Shown here: positions 1 to 9,255 of the stretch, in pieces
Numbering within the stretch: position 1 is the first letter of the stretch
Layout of the letters: each line of letters starts with the position of its first letter
DNA from: an uncultured Acidobacteriota bacterium
GTDB taxonomy: Bacteria; Acidobacteriota; Terriglobia; Bryobacterales; UBA6623
Direction of reading: 5' to 3'
Length of the DNA: 64,000 bases
NCBI GenBank assembly: GCA_963805925.1
Contig: CAWDWB010000007.1
Coordinates: forward strand, 395,133 to 459,132
Program-made: the position numbers and the translations under genes
Notes under the pieces: model-generated
Seen by the model: only the letters and a program-made list of their open reading frames with translations
What the model was told of the DNA's origin: nothing
Database searches by the model: none

Positions 1-1159
1 CAGCGGTCCGAGTCCAGGCGAAGGCTTCCAATACTTGACGGGCTGTTCCATGCCCTCTTTGTGGGTGAGGTCAGAGATGACCGATCCGTCATAGTCGAGG
101 CCGTAGGTGATCACCGGCCAGCCGTAGTTTTTGCCCTTCTCGAGAATATTCAATTCGTCGCCGCCCATCGGCCCGTGCTCGACCGCCCAGATGTCGCCGG
201 TGACCGGATGCCGACCAATGCCCTGCACATTGCGGTTGCCGATGGTGAAGATCGCTTCGAGAGCGCCGGGCGTGCCGACGTAGGGATTGTCGGCGGGAAT
301 CGAGCCGTCAGGGTTCACGCGATAGACCTTGCCGGCCGGCTTGCTCAACTGCTGCACTTCGTCGTTGCGTCCAATGTCGCCGATCGAGAAATACAATCGG
401 CCTTCGGGGTCGAACATCATCCGGCAACCCCAACGCATGCCTTTGGCGAAATGCAAATCGTCGGGTAGGGCAAAGACCGTTTCTTGCTCCACCCAGCGAT
501 GCTCCGAGACCCGTCCGCGAATCACGCGCGTCATCGCCGGCGTTTCGTTCGTCGTCGGATCGCCCAAAGCGTGGACGTAGCTGATGTAGACCCAGCCATT
601 GTTGGCGTAGTTCGGGTCGAGCGCGACATCGGTCATGCCTGACTCGCCGTACTGCACCGGCACGGGTATGCCCGTGATCGGCTCGGGGTCTAGCTTCCCG
701 TCAATCAACCAGCGCAGTCCGCCGCGTAACTCGGTGATCAAGGCGCGGTGGTCGTCGACGAACTCAATCCCCCAGGGCGCCGAATGCAACTCGTCCCCTT
801 GAGCCAGGGTTTCGACGCGGATGGCGTAGTCGGATGTTTGCAGCGACTCCGGAATGGTTTTAGTCACCGGCGGCGAGGTTTGCCTGGCAATGATGAAGTC
901 GACGACGGAGTGCACTTGGTCCGGGGTCATCACCCGCGACCAAGGCGGCATCTCCGTCCCGGTGATGCCGTACATTACCGTCCGATACATCGCAGCGCGG
1001 TCGCCGCCGTAGCGCCAATCGGTCTTGCGCAGCGCCGTGTATTGCGTGCCTTCGAGGTTCGCGCCGTGGCAGCCGCGCGCAGTTCTTTACGTAGAGTTCT
1101 TCAGGCGTCTGGCCGTAGGCGGCGGCAACGGCAACAAGGGCAAGGATGATTGTTCTCAT
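1..1159 (-). pseudogene. PQQ-dependent sugar dehydrogenase (soluble GSDH/YliI type) with N-terminal signal peptide and cytochrome c domain; 3' end lies beyond the window; frame broken inside the CxxCH motif
   Basis: The minus frame ending at nt 1 reads ..CHGANLEGTQYTALRKTDW..MPPWSRVMTPDQ..GRLYFSIGDIG..GNRNVQGIGRHPVTGDIWAVEHGPMGGDELNILEKGKNYGWP, which are GSDH-family hallmarks. The Met and signal peptide (MRTIILALVAVAAAYGQ..LYVKNCA, ORF 860..1159) are in another frame. The junction reads TGC GCG CGGC TGC CAC, with 4 nt where 3 are expected (plus-strand 1063-1080). A TAA at 1087-1089 closes the downstream frame. Confidence 0.7.
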
Positions 1160-1204
1160 GTCTTCGGGCGCAGTCTATCACGAACGATCCGCCGCGGTTT
1201 CGGA

Positions 1205-2503
1205 CTATACAGGATCTCGCAACCCAGCCGGCACGTGACTCCGGTCGTCACCATAGAGCAGCTCCATCGGCCTGCCGCCCTGGTCCAACGAACGCCGCCC
1301 TGCTTCGAGAATGGCTGTGGTACCCGCCGTCGTTTCAATCGTCGCCAACTTGCCGTCGAAATCCCTCGGGGCCTTCGTCCCCTGATTACAGCCGGCCGCG
1401 GCGTCGATGAAACTCTCGAAGCTGATATAGCCGTAGCCCCGTTGCCCTTTGAACTCCTTCGTCACAGGGTCCGCCGCCGGCTTCCAGAACAGCGGGTTCA
1501 ACGAGGCGTAGGGCGTGCCGTCTTGGGCGATGGTGTAGCCGCGATGCGCTTGGTCTACCGTCACCTCGCCCCCGTGGCCCATGTAAAACCAGCGCTGCTG
1601 CGAGTGGACGTCCGCCTTGGGCGCGATCCACGAAGCCGTATAGAGCGCATGAGCCAGGGTCCCATCTGGGAACGATTCCCCCGATCCCCGGTTCCGCCAC
1701 TGGACCGCCAGCGTAATCGTGTCTTCCGTCTCGACGCCGTTCCCTAGCCGCGCATCGGCGACACCCGTCGACGCCAGGGCCGTGACGCGCTCCGGCCGCG
1801 CCGAGCCCCGCAACGCCCATTCGTGAAAGTCGATGTGATGGGAATTGAGGTAATAGGAAATATCGCTCGACTTGCCCGCCCAAGCCTTGAACGTATCGAG
1901 CTGGTGCTTGGGCTGCGACATGTAGGCTGAGAAGTACGAGAAGGGGCCAAGCCCGGCAATCCGGTCGCGGGCATCGACATAGATCGGGTCGAAGCGTTTA
2001 TGTACTTCGATTACGCAAAGACGATTCGCCTCCGTCGCCAGGCCGATCAGCTCCAAGTGATCCGCCAGGGTTTGCACCGGAGGCTTGGTGATCATCACAT
2101 GCATCCCGCGCGCCAAGCAGCACGCGGCGATCGTCTTGTGCGTATCGTCGGGCGTAAAGATGATGGCGACATCTCCGGGCTCGAAGGACGTCACGGCAGT
2201 CTTGTAGGCTTCGCGGTCAACCACAGTGTCTGCAGGCCAAGTCTCGATCGCGGCCGGTGCAATGCCGGCGTAGATTTCAGGACCGATGACCCTTTGCATG
2301 TGTTCGCGGATGGCGGGCAATTTCGGTCCGTTGGTTCCGCACATGCCGAGACGGCCGACTTTGCCGCGCTGCTTGAGGTCGAGCATGACCAGGGCCACCA
2401 CGCCGGTGCTCTTGTCGCTGTCGCTGGCGCCCGAGCCCGTGAACCCGGTGGTATACTCGCCGGTACCGAGCATCAAGACGTTGACGGGAGCTGGAAGTGA
2501 CAT
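1205..2503 (-). CDS. Gfo/Idh/MocA family NAD(P)-dependent oxidoreductase
   Basis: 432-aa ORF. N-terminal Rossmann-like [12 protein letters not shown], then IIFTPDDTH and EVHKRFDP motifs typical of this family. Substrate cannot be inferred. Confidence 0.75.
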   Translation of the reverse strand: MSLPAPVNVLMLGTGEYTTGFTGSGASDSDKSTGVVALVMLDLKQRGKVGRLGMCGTNGPKLPAIREHMQRVIGPEIYAGIAPAAIETWPADTVVDREAYKTAVTSFEPGDVAIIFTPDDTHKTIAACCLARGMHVMITKPPVQTLADHLELIGLATEANRLCVIEVHKRFDPIYVDARDRIAGLGPFSYFSAYMSQPKHQLDTFKAWAGKSSDISYYLNSHHIDFHEWALRGSARPERVTALASTGVADARLGNGVETEDTITLAVQWRNRGSGESFPDGTLAHALYTASWIAPKADVHSQQRWFYMGHGGEVTVDQAHRGYTIAQDGTPYASLNPLFWKPAADPVTKEFKGQRGYGYISFESFIDAAAGCNQGTKAPRDFDGKLATIETTAGTTAILEAGRRSLDQGGRPMELLYGDDRSHVPAGLRDPV

Positions 2504-2599
2504 GTTGTGCAGGCCCTTGTCTCGGCAAGTTTACCGATTCACCCAGTCGCGGCGTAACGTAACGGGGTCCGATATCTTCTAATCACTAGGAGGAGGGCG

Positions 2600-2770
2600 A
2601 TGGTGGACGCGGTAACCTTGGATTCAGGCTGGGACTTTTGGGTTTTGGCGCTGCTGGTTGCGCTGCTGCTCCCTGCCGCCTTGCCGGCTGGCGGCGGCCC
2701 GGAGCCTACGCGCAGGGTCCCGCTCTTCGCCGCACGGCTGCTGCCCAGTGCGACTCCTGCTAGCGGCTAA
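2600..2770 (+). CDS. Possible small (56 aa) single-pass membrane protein, hypothetical
   Basis: ATG at 2600 follows a near-perfect SD (AGGAGGAG, 2590-2597). Translation is MVDAVTLDSGWDFWVLALLVALLLPAALPAGGG.., with one hydrophobic helix. It falls below the 60-aa cutoff of the ORF track. Its 3' end overlaps the convergent MFS gene by 11 nt. No homology is recognised. Confidence 0.25.
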   Translation: MVDAVTLDSGWDFWVLALLVALLLPAALPAGGGPEPTRRVPLFAARLLPSATPASG

Positions 2771-4019
2771 AGGCGCGCCGAAGGCGCAGTCGTTGCGCGA
2801 CGCCGGCTAGTCGCTGCGTTTGGTGCATGACCAACAGCAACGCCGAGGTGGTGCTGACGACGACGATGGCCATCGAGCCGAGCAGCATGTGCTCAAAGTT
2901 GAAGCCTAGCCGGAACAGCGCACCGACCAAGATCGGGCTGGCAGCCGCCCCCAGGATAGTCCACGAAGAGGCCACGCTGCGGATGCGTCCTAGGTATTCG
3001 ACGCCGTAGAGTTCGGCCCACAGAGCCGAACCGATGTTCGAGTTCGCCCCTGCGGTCATGCCGATGAGCATGAGGTATGGGAAAGCAGTCCAGGGCTGAC
3101 TAGCCCAGTAAAACAAGGCCACCGCTGCGCCTAGCGGCATCAGGAAAAATGGAAACAGGCCAACAGCCGAGAAGCGATCAATCAGCCCGCCGATAGCGAT
3201 GGACGACAACGCGCGGCTGACGGCGAAAGCGGAAAACGCGGCCGCCACCCAACTCGGATCCCAGCCTTTCCATTCGGCCATGGGCACCTGATACAGAAAC
3301 AGCCCGGTGAAGACGAACGGCGGCGTCAGCAAAACCGGTATCGCCAGAAAGGTATTGAGGTCGCGGCCGAACGTGTTCTCGCCGAGCGCTTTCGGCGGGG
3401 CCGTTGTCGGGGCCGGCGGAGCGGCTTCCGTCTGCCCGTTGGCGTTGGACAGCAGGCCGAGCGCCAGCGGAAGAATCAGAACGATGGCTCCTGCCGAGAC
3501 AATTTGCCAAACCGCCGTCCACGGCAGCACCCGCAAGCCGAGAGCGCAAACCAGAGGCAACACTGCCTCGCCCAGGGGGTAGCCGAGACCGGCAACGCCC
3601 AGCGCCTTGCCGCGGCTGGCAAAGAACTCGCGAGCCATCACGGTTTGCGAAATGTGTCCGAGGAGGCCTTGTCCCGACAGGCGCAAACCGACGATGCCCA
3701 AGGCAAGAAACACGACGTGCGGTGCGGTCGAAACCGTCAGCGCCGCGACCGCGAGGCCGACGATGGTGAAGGTCGTATAGCGCTTCAGGTCGAGGCGGTC
3801 GATGTGCGAACCGAGCTTCGGCAAACACAGCGCGCTCAACAACGTGCAGCCGCCGTAGAGGATTCCGAAGTCGCCCTTGGTCAGGTCGAAATCGGCCATG
3901 AAGTACGGCAAAAACAACGAGATGAAAAACGTCTGCCCAAAGCTCGACGACAGGGCCGTAACCAGTCCAAATGCCAGGATGGTCCGGTAGCTCGCCAGAA
4001 ATCGGAAATAACCGCTCAT
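2760..4019 (-). CDS. MFS transporter
   Basis: 419-aa ORF with about 12 hydrophobic segments in a 6+6 arrangement around a central loop (..NANGQTEAAPPAPTTAPPK..). Composition is typical of MFS_1 permeases. Confidence 0.8.
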   Translation of the reverse strand: MSGYFRFLASYRTILAFGLVTALSSSFGQTFFISLFLPYFMADFDLTKGDFGILYGGCTLLSALCLPKLGSHIDRLDLKRYTTFTIVGLAVAALTVSTAPHVVFLALGIVGLRLSGQGLLGHISQTVMAREFFASRGKALGVAGLGYPLGEAVLPLVCALGLRVLPWTAVWQIVSAGAIVLILPLALGLLSNANGQTEAAPPAPTTAPPKALGENTFGRDLNTFLAIPVLLTPPFVFTGLFLYQVPMAEWKGWDPSWVAAAFSAFAVSRALSSIAIGGLIDRFSAVGLFPFFLMPLGAAVALFYWASQPWTAFPYLMLIGMTAGANSNIGSALWAELYGVEYLGRIRSVASSWTILGAAASPILVGALFRLGFNFEHMLLGSMAIVVVSTTSALLLVMHQTQRLAGVAQRLRLRRAFSR

Positions 4020-4263
4020 CTAGATTCAGGGTGGAGAAACGTCCGGCTCGATCAGGCTCGTATATACAGATCGACCAGGCCGGAAGCCGGCGTGACTCAT
4101 CAATACTTTCGGGAAGGCGGGTCGAAGACGGGGACTCTAAATTGCGCCGAACAAATCTTTAACCGCCTGTTTTCAGGGTACGCGGGCTCGGCTTCGGCGT
4201 CAAGGCGCCGGGCAGTTGCAAAAGCGACGGGAAATCCTGAACTCTAGGACTGAGGATTCTCCT

Positions 4264-4827
4264 TTGGACGTTCAAGCGACACAACTGCGCCCCGGCATGC
4301 TGATCAAGTGGAAGGGCACGCTCTACTCTATCTTCTCTGTGATGCATCGGACGCCCGGCAACCTGCGCGGCTTCGTTCAAGCCAAGATGCGCAACGTGAA
4401 CACGCGGTCGATGAACGAGCATCGCTTCGCATCAGAAGACTTCATCGAGCGCGTCGTGCTCGATGAGCATGAAATGGAGTACCTCTACACAGACGGCGAC
4501 GTCTACCACTTCATGAACACCGAGACCTACGAGCAGATTGGCCTCAACTCCGACGACCTCGGCGACCAGGTGCTGTATCTGTTGCCCAATACGAAAGTCA
4601 GCATCCAGTTCTACGAAGACGACCCCTTCAGCGTGAACCTGCCGGCCACTGTTGATATGGAGGTCTTGGAAACCGAGCCGGCCATCAAGGGCGCCACGGT
4701 CACCAACGTAACCAAACCAGCTAAGCTCGAAACCGGGCTGGTGGTGCAAGTGCCGCCGTTCATCAAAGAGGGCGAAAAGATCCGCATCAATACGACCGAC
4801 GGCAGTTACGTCACGCGGGTGTCCTAG
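4264..4827 (+). CDS. efp: Elongation factor P
   Basis: The sequence ..QATQLRPGMLIKWKGTLYSIFSVMHRTPGNLRGFVQAKMRNV..VLETEPAIKGATVTNVTKPAKLETG.. is canonical EF-P. A TTG at 4264 preceded by GAGGA gives the usual 187 aa. The ORF-track start at 4216 (also TTG) would add 16 atypical residues. Confidence 0.95.
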   Translation: MDVQATQLRPGMLIKWKGTLYSIFSVMHRTPGNLRGFVQAKMRNVNTRSMNEHRFASEDFIERVVLDEHEMEYLYTDGDVYHFMNTETYEQIGLNSDDLGDQVLYLLPNTKVSIQFYEDDPFSVNLPATVDMEVLETEPAIKGATVTNVTKPAKLETGLVVQVPPFIKEGEKIRINTTDGSYVTRVS

Positions 4828-4836
4828 GGCATCCGC

Positions 4837-5489
4837 ATGAAGCTAATCCTCTTCGGTGCGACAGGCATGGTCGGCGCGGGCGCGTTGCGCGAGGCTCTGG
4901 CCGACCCCGGCGTTGATGAGGTGCTGGCGATCAGCCGCCGCACGTGCGGCGTCCAGCATCAAAAACTCCGCGAACTGCTATTGCCCGATCTGTTCGACCT
5001 GGACGCCGTACTGGAAGACCTCGCCGGCTGGGACGCCTGCATCTGGGGCGCAGGCATCAGCGCCGTCGGACTTGACGAAGCCGCCTACGCCAAGGTCACT
5101 GAGGAACTGACCCTGCTTTGGGCCCGCGCGCTGCTAACGCAGAATCCGAACTTGAGCTTCTGCTACTGCTCCGCCGTCGGCGCGGACGGTTCCCAAATGT
5201 GGGCGCGCGTGCGTCGCCGCGTCGAACAGCAACTCGAAGACATGCCCTTCCGCCACGCCGGCTGCGTCGACCGGCCTACATCCAGCCCGGGCCGGGCATC
5301 AAGAGCAAGGTGAAGCTCTATCAGGCGTTCATCGTAATGGTGAAGCCCGTATCGGGATTGCTGGTGCGTCTGTTGCCCTCGATGGCCACGACGTCCGAGC
5401 GGCTGGGCCGGGCGATGTTGCGCGTGGTCGAAGGGCGTGCCGACCGCTTTATATTGGAGTCGGCAGACATCAATCGCATCGGGGCGTGA
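4837..5489 (+). pseudogene. NAD(P)H-binding (atypical SDR/epimerase-like, about 215 aa) protein interrupted by a 1-nt deletion
   Basis: The N-terminal part (MKLILFGATGMVGAGALREAL..MWARVRRRVEQQLEDMPFRHAGCV) is in the frame of ORF 4837..5313. The C-terminal part (RPAYIQPGPGIKSKVKLYQAF..ILESADINRIGA) is in the frame of ORF 5118..5489. Joined, they read ..HAGCVRPAYIQPG.. with no gap relative to the family pattern I recall (..FRPGYIQP..). The break is at about nt 5268 (gtcga where gtccga is expected). Confidence 0.75.
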
Positions 5490-5508
5490 TTGAGGACAGG
5501 CGCGCCGG

Positions 5509-7953
5509 TCACTGGATGTAGCCGAGACTGCGCAGCCGATCCAACTCCTTGGACGACATATCTTCGGCAGCATCCCCGGCGGGCAGCTTGTTCTGCTCCA
5601 CCATGCTCTTCCAGGCTTCGAGTTCGGCCTTGAGCTTCTCGACGATGTCCGGGTGTCCGGCCGAGACGTCGCTTACGTCGAGCGGGTCCTTGGCGTGATC
5701 GAACAGTTCGAACTCGGGCGCGTCATTAGGCCTCACTGCGTGTTGAATCAGCTTCCAACCGTCCGAAACGATGCCCAAATCCCGCGTGTTGAAAGGCGGC
5801 GTACCGGTCTTCGCTAAGGGTCTTTCCGAGACGGCGCCCGGCTTTGTCCAGCCGAGGGTCTGGGCTGCAGCGATAATTTTCTCCGCATCCCCTCCGTCGC
5901 GAGCAGCCGCCAATAGCGGCACAAGGCTTTCGCCCTGCATGAACTGCGGCGCCGACAAACCGCTCAGGTCGAGCAACGTCGGCATCACGTCGATGCTGCG
6001 CACTGTCGCCGAAATCTTCGCGCCCGCTGGTATCACGCCCGGCCGTCTGAAAATTAGCGGTACCCCGGTCAGCTCGCCATAGACGGTCTGACCGTGGAAC
6101 ATGCGGCCATGCTCGATGAACTCTTCGCCATGGTCGGACATGAAGACGATCTGCACTTTGTCCTCAAGTCCTTGCTGGTGCAGATAACGGATGAGGCGGC
6201 CTACTTCGGCGTCCATTCCCAAGATGGAGCCGTCGTACCAGTCGACGTCGTGCGCTACAAACTCTTCCGGATTCACCCCGGCGGCCTCCATCTCGGCCTT
6301 GGCAGGCATGCCGAAGGCGCGCAGGGTCGGATTCTCAATGTGTGGACGGATCTGAGTCAGCTGTTGCTCGTGGTATTCCTTCTTCGCCGGATCCGCCCAT
6401 ACCGCATCGTAGGGAGACCGCGGCTCGAAAGGATCGTGAGGGTCAAAAAGGTGCAGGAACATGAAGAACGGCGCGTCGTCATGCCGATCGATCCATTCTG
6501 AGGCCCGATCGACGTATTCCCGCGCGGTCTTGGCGACGTGCGCGGGATCATCGACGGACGAAAACTCGTGCAACTCCTCAAAACCTTGATGCATGTTGCT
6601 GAACTTGCCGGTGAACTGCACCGAAGAGTAGGCGACCGTCGCAAAGCCCGCGGAGCGGTAGGACTCGGCGAGCGTCTCGGCCTGGGAGGATAGCCGGTCA
6701 GTCAACTCGGCGACGCGATGCGAGGTGGGGTAAAGCGAAGTCATGATCGACGGCGTGGAGACCTTGGTCCAGGTCGCCTGCGCCACATCATCGAGAAACA
6801 TCGTGCCTTCGCCCGCAAGCAATTCGAGATTCAGTGATGTCCGCCGCTCGTATCCATAGGCGCTCAGGTGATCCTTGCGCAACGTATCGCAGAGGATGAG
6901 GATGACGCCTTGGGGCGGTGCGATTCCGCCCAGCGCTTGGCCGGGAGCGCGAACGGTCGCGGGCATGGCGTCGTGGGTGCGGATAGTCGGAGATCCCCAG
7001 AAACCGACGATGCGGTCGTCGCCAACGTCGAGTGAGAAGTTCAGCTTTTGGGGCCCAGTATGGGCCGAGAGATCGATCGGCGCGGGCCGCCATCGATGCG
7101 GCGTGGTGATCGTCTCGGAAAGTAGGGTCTGCTGGGCGTCGGCTTCGCCGACGGAAACGTGGAAGGTGACCGCTCCCTCGGCCACCGTGCCGAGATTCAA
7201 ATCGAGCCAGGCGTTGCGGGGAACATCGACTTCAACGGAGAACGTTTCCGGCGATCGCGAAACGATCGTCTCGTGGAAGATATCCGCTAATCCCTGCCAG
7301 CCGACTCCAGACGGGATGGAGGCGCGATTCTCTGCTTGGGACACCAGTCGAATCGATTCGATCTCGAAATCGGCGCCGGGCGCATCGACGGGCCGGATCA
7401 TGATGGTCGTAGCCTGGCTCAGACGGGGCGTTAGGGTCGGCAACATCGTGAGATCGTGGAACGACTCATCGGATTGCAGCGGACTGGCCATCGGCCAAGC
7501 AAAAGTGCCGGTCGTGCGGACTCGTGCGATCACGGCGGGGAAATCAGGCGCCGCCTCGGGTGCGCCTCCGGCGCTCGCGTTGGCGCCCGCGCTCGCACGA
7601 ATACGAAGCTCCATGGAGTGGATGCCGTCGTTGACGTCCAGCGCTGCGGGCCGGGTGACGTAGAGCAGCGGGAAATCGGTGGTGGAACGTCCGATGAGCT
7701 TGCCGTCGACGACGCGCAGACCGGTGACTCCGGGGCCCGCCTGCCAGCCAAGCGTATCGCCTGCCGCCGCAGTAGTGAAATCCCACAGGGCTAAGGGCTC
7801 GGAGGCTCCGGCAGTGGGCGCGCCCTCAACGCTGGCAGGGTCGAACACATCAACCAAACGGACTGTGACGGGATTGTCCGTGCCGCCTCCGCAAGCGAAA
7901 GAAAATAAGACTGGAGTTAGGGCGAGCAGCGAAGGCCAAAATCGGAAGGACAC
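5509..7953 (-). CDS. Sulfatase-like hydrolase/transferase (alkaline phosphatase superfamily) lipoprotein with a ~340-aa N-terminal domain of unknown function
   Basis: 814-aa ORF. Lipoprotein-type signal (..LFSFACGGG). The C-terminal half has sulfatase-fold motifs (ILILCDTLRKDH.., ..FLHLFDPHDPF.., ..VFMSDHGEE..). The nucleophile region reads KVSTPSIMTS, not C/S-x-P-x-R. Confidence 0.8.
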   Translation of the reverse strand: MSFRFWPSLLALTPVLFSFACGGGTDNPVTVRLVDVFDPASVEGAPTAGASEPLALWDFTTAAAGDTLGWQAGPGVTGLRVVDGKLIGRSTTDFPLLYVTRPAALDVNDGIHSMELRIRASAGANASAGGAPEAAPDFPAVIARVRTTGTFAWPMASPLQSDESFHDLTMLPTLTPRLSQATTIMIRPVDAPGADFEIESIRLVSQAENRASIPSGVGWQGLADIFHETIVSRSPETFSVEVDVPRNAWLDLNLGTVAEGAVTFHVSVGEADAQQTLLSETITTPHRWRPAPIDLSAHTGPQKLNFSLDVGDDRIVGFWGSPTIRTHDAMPATVRAPGQALGGIAPPQGVILILCDTLRKDHLSAYGYERRTSLNLELLAGEGTMFLDDVAQATWTKVSTPSIMTSLYPTSHRVAELTDRLSSQAETLAESYRSAGFATVAYSSVQFTGKFSNMHQGFEELHEFSSVDDPAHVAKTAREYVDRASEWIDRHDDAPFFMFLHLFDPHDPFEPRSPYDAVWADPAKKEYHEQQLTQIRPHIENPTLRAFGMPAKAEMEAAGVNPEEFVAHDVDWYDGSILGMDAEVGRLIRYLHQQGLEDKVQIVFMSDHGEEFIEHGRMFHGQTVYGELTGVPLIFRRPGVIPAGAKISATVRSIDVMPTLLDLSGLSAPQFMQGESLVPLLAAARDGGDAEKIIAAAQTLGWTKPGAVSERPLAKTGTPPFNTRDLGIVSDGWKLIQHAVRPNDAPEFELFDHAKDPLDVSDVSAGHPDIVEKLKAELEAWKSMVEQNKLPAGDAAEDMSSKELDRLRSLGYIQ

Positions 7954-8019
7954 GGGCGCACCTCTTCAAGACCGGTTAGACGGGCTGCGGGGATTGTAGC
8001 TCCAAGCGGTCGCGGGATG

Positions 8020-8071
8020 AGCGTCTTTCTTCGCGACCTCCAATTAGGGCCCCAAGCCAAAGAAAGACGCT
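8020..8071. promoter_or_regulatory. Perfect 12-bp inverted repeat (AGCGTCTTTCTT-N28-AAGAAAGACGCT) in a divergent promoter region
   Basis: Arms at 8020-8031 and 8060-8071 are exact reverse complements. The element lies between the start of the sulfatase-like gene (7953, minus) and the cupin gene (8176, plus). Confidence 0.3.
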
Positions 8072-8175
8072 ATGGCTAACGGAAATCGAAAACTGCGCCT
8101 GATAGTGAAAATCCCAGCAGTTTGATCTATGCTTGCTTCGGCTAGGAAATCCCGATGGATTTGATAGGAGGAAAG

Positions 8176-8640
8176 ATGAAGCTCTGCATGTTGTTGTTCG
8201 TGGCGGTGTCGGCCATGGCCCAGTCTGCTACGGAGATCGTCTATTGGTCGGCAGACAATCTGGAAGGCTACTCGACTAGTCTTGGGGCGAAGGAGACCGA
8301 ACGCAAGGCCACGTCCGCTTCGGAGTACCTCGCGAACCTAGGCAACTATAAGTTTGAAATTTTGAGGCGCGATGCCAGCGGCGCCGGAGAACTGCACCAG
8401 AACTGGACGGACGTATTCGTCGTCCAGCAAGGCGAAGCGACGATCTTGTACGGCGGCGAGATCGAAGACGCGAAAGAGACGACGGGCGGCGAGATTCGAG
8501 GACCGCGCATGCTGGCAGGAAAGTCCCAGAAAGTCTCTGCCGGAGACGTCATTGTCGTACCGCCAGGCGTAGCGCATCAAACGATCGTCGAGCCCGGAAA
8601 GTCGTTCTTGACGCTCATCGTCAAGATCGAGAAGAACTGA
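8176..8640 (+). CDS. Secreted cupin-domain protein
   Basis: ATG at 8176 follows AGGAGGA (8166-8172). Signal peptide MKLCMLLFVAVSAMAQS. Cupin-like core ..GELHQNWTDVFVVQQGEATILYGG..SAGDVIVVPPGVAHQ. Confidence 0.6.
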   Translation: MKLCMLLFVAVSAMAQSATEIVYWSADNLEGYSTSLGAKETERKATSASEYLANLGNYKFEILRRDASGAGELHQNWTDVFVVQQGEATILYGGEIEDAKETTGGEIRGPRMLAGKSQKVSAGDVIVVPPGVAHQTIVEPGKSFLTLIVKIEKN

Positions 8641-8753
8641 CGTCTGCAAAACCGCAGTCCGTGCTTCTCGATCGCTGCAGATTACTTCGACGCCTTCCGC
8701 GACGATTCCCAGCACTAGCTCAACCACTGCGTGGGATTCGCTAGACTCCGCCC

Positions 8754-9215
8754 ATGCGAATGCTTCTTCTTCCGATCTTGTGCGCGGTTGCGGCTTGTTC
8801 GAGTCAGCCATCGGCGCCGTCCCCTCATGAGCAACTAGTCGGCCTTTGGCGTGTCGTTGAGATTAAGAACCTCGATGCGGACGAGGTGCAGCCGGACCGC
8901 AACGAGTACCACATGTATACCGAGTCGCACGAGATGATCATCTTGGCCGGTCGCGATCGGCCGAAGATCAACAAGTCAATTGCGGATATGACCGTGGATG
9001 AGGTGATGAGCCAACAACCGATCGGCGCCGGCTTCTATAGCTACCGCGTCGACGGCGACAAGCTAATGCGCACCAATGTTGTCGCCCTGTCGGCCCACTA
9101 CGAGGGACAGACCTTCGAGACTGAGTTCACGATTGATGGGGACAAGCTCATCACGCGCGATCGTCACGCTGCGGACGGCGCCCTGCGGCAGTGGACCATG
9201 GAGCGGATGGAGTAG
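8754..9215 (+). CDS. Lipocalin-like domain lipoprotein, hypothetical
   Basis: Lipobox (LCAVAACSS). LVGLWRVVEI.. followed by repeated beta-strand patterns ending ..TIDGDKLITRD, resembling lipocalin-like (PF13924-type) proteins. Confidence 0.5.
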   Translation: MRMLLLPILCAVAACSSQPSAPSPHEQLVGLWRVVEIKNLDADEVQPDRNEYHMYTESHEMIILAGRDRPKINKSIADMTVDEVMSQQPIGAGFYSYRVDGDKLMRTNVVALSAHYEGQTFETEFTIDGDKLITRDRHAADGALRQWTMERME

Positions 9216-9255
9216 CCGACTGTTAGACTAATCGCCGGATAGGGAGGCTGGCCGA

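Noticed and set aside
4216-4263. Upstream TTG start for efp given by the ORF track (203 aa)
   Set aside because: The extra 16 residues (MQKRREILNSRTEDSP) are not EF-P-like. The TTG at 4264, preceded by GAGGA, yields the canonical ~187-aa protein beginning (M)DVQATQLRPGM.
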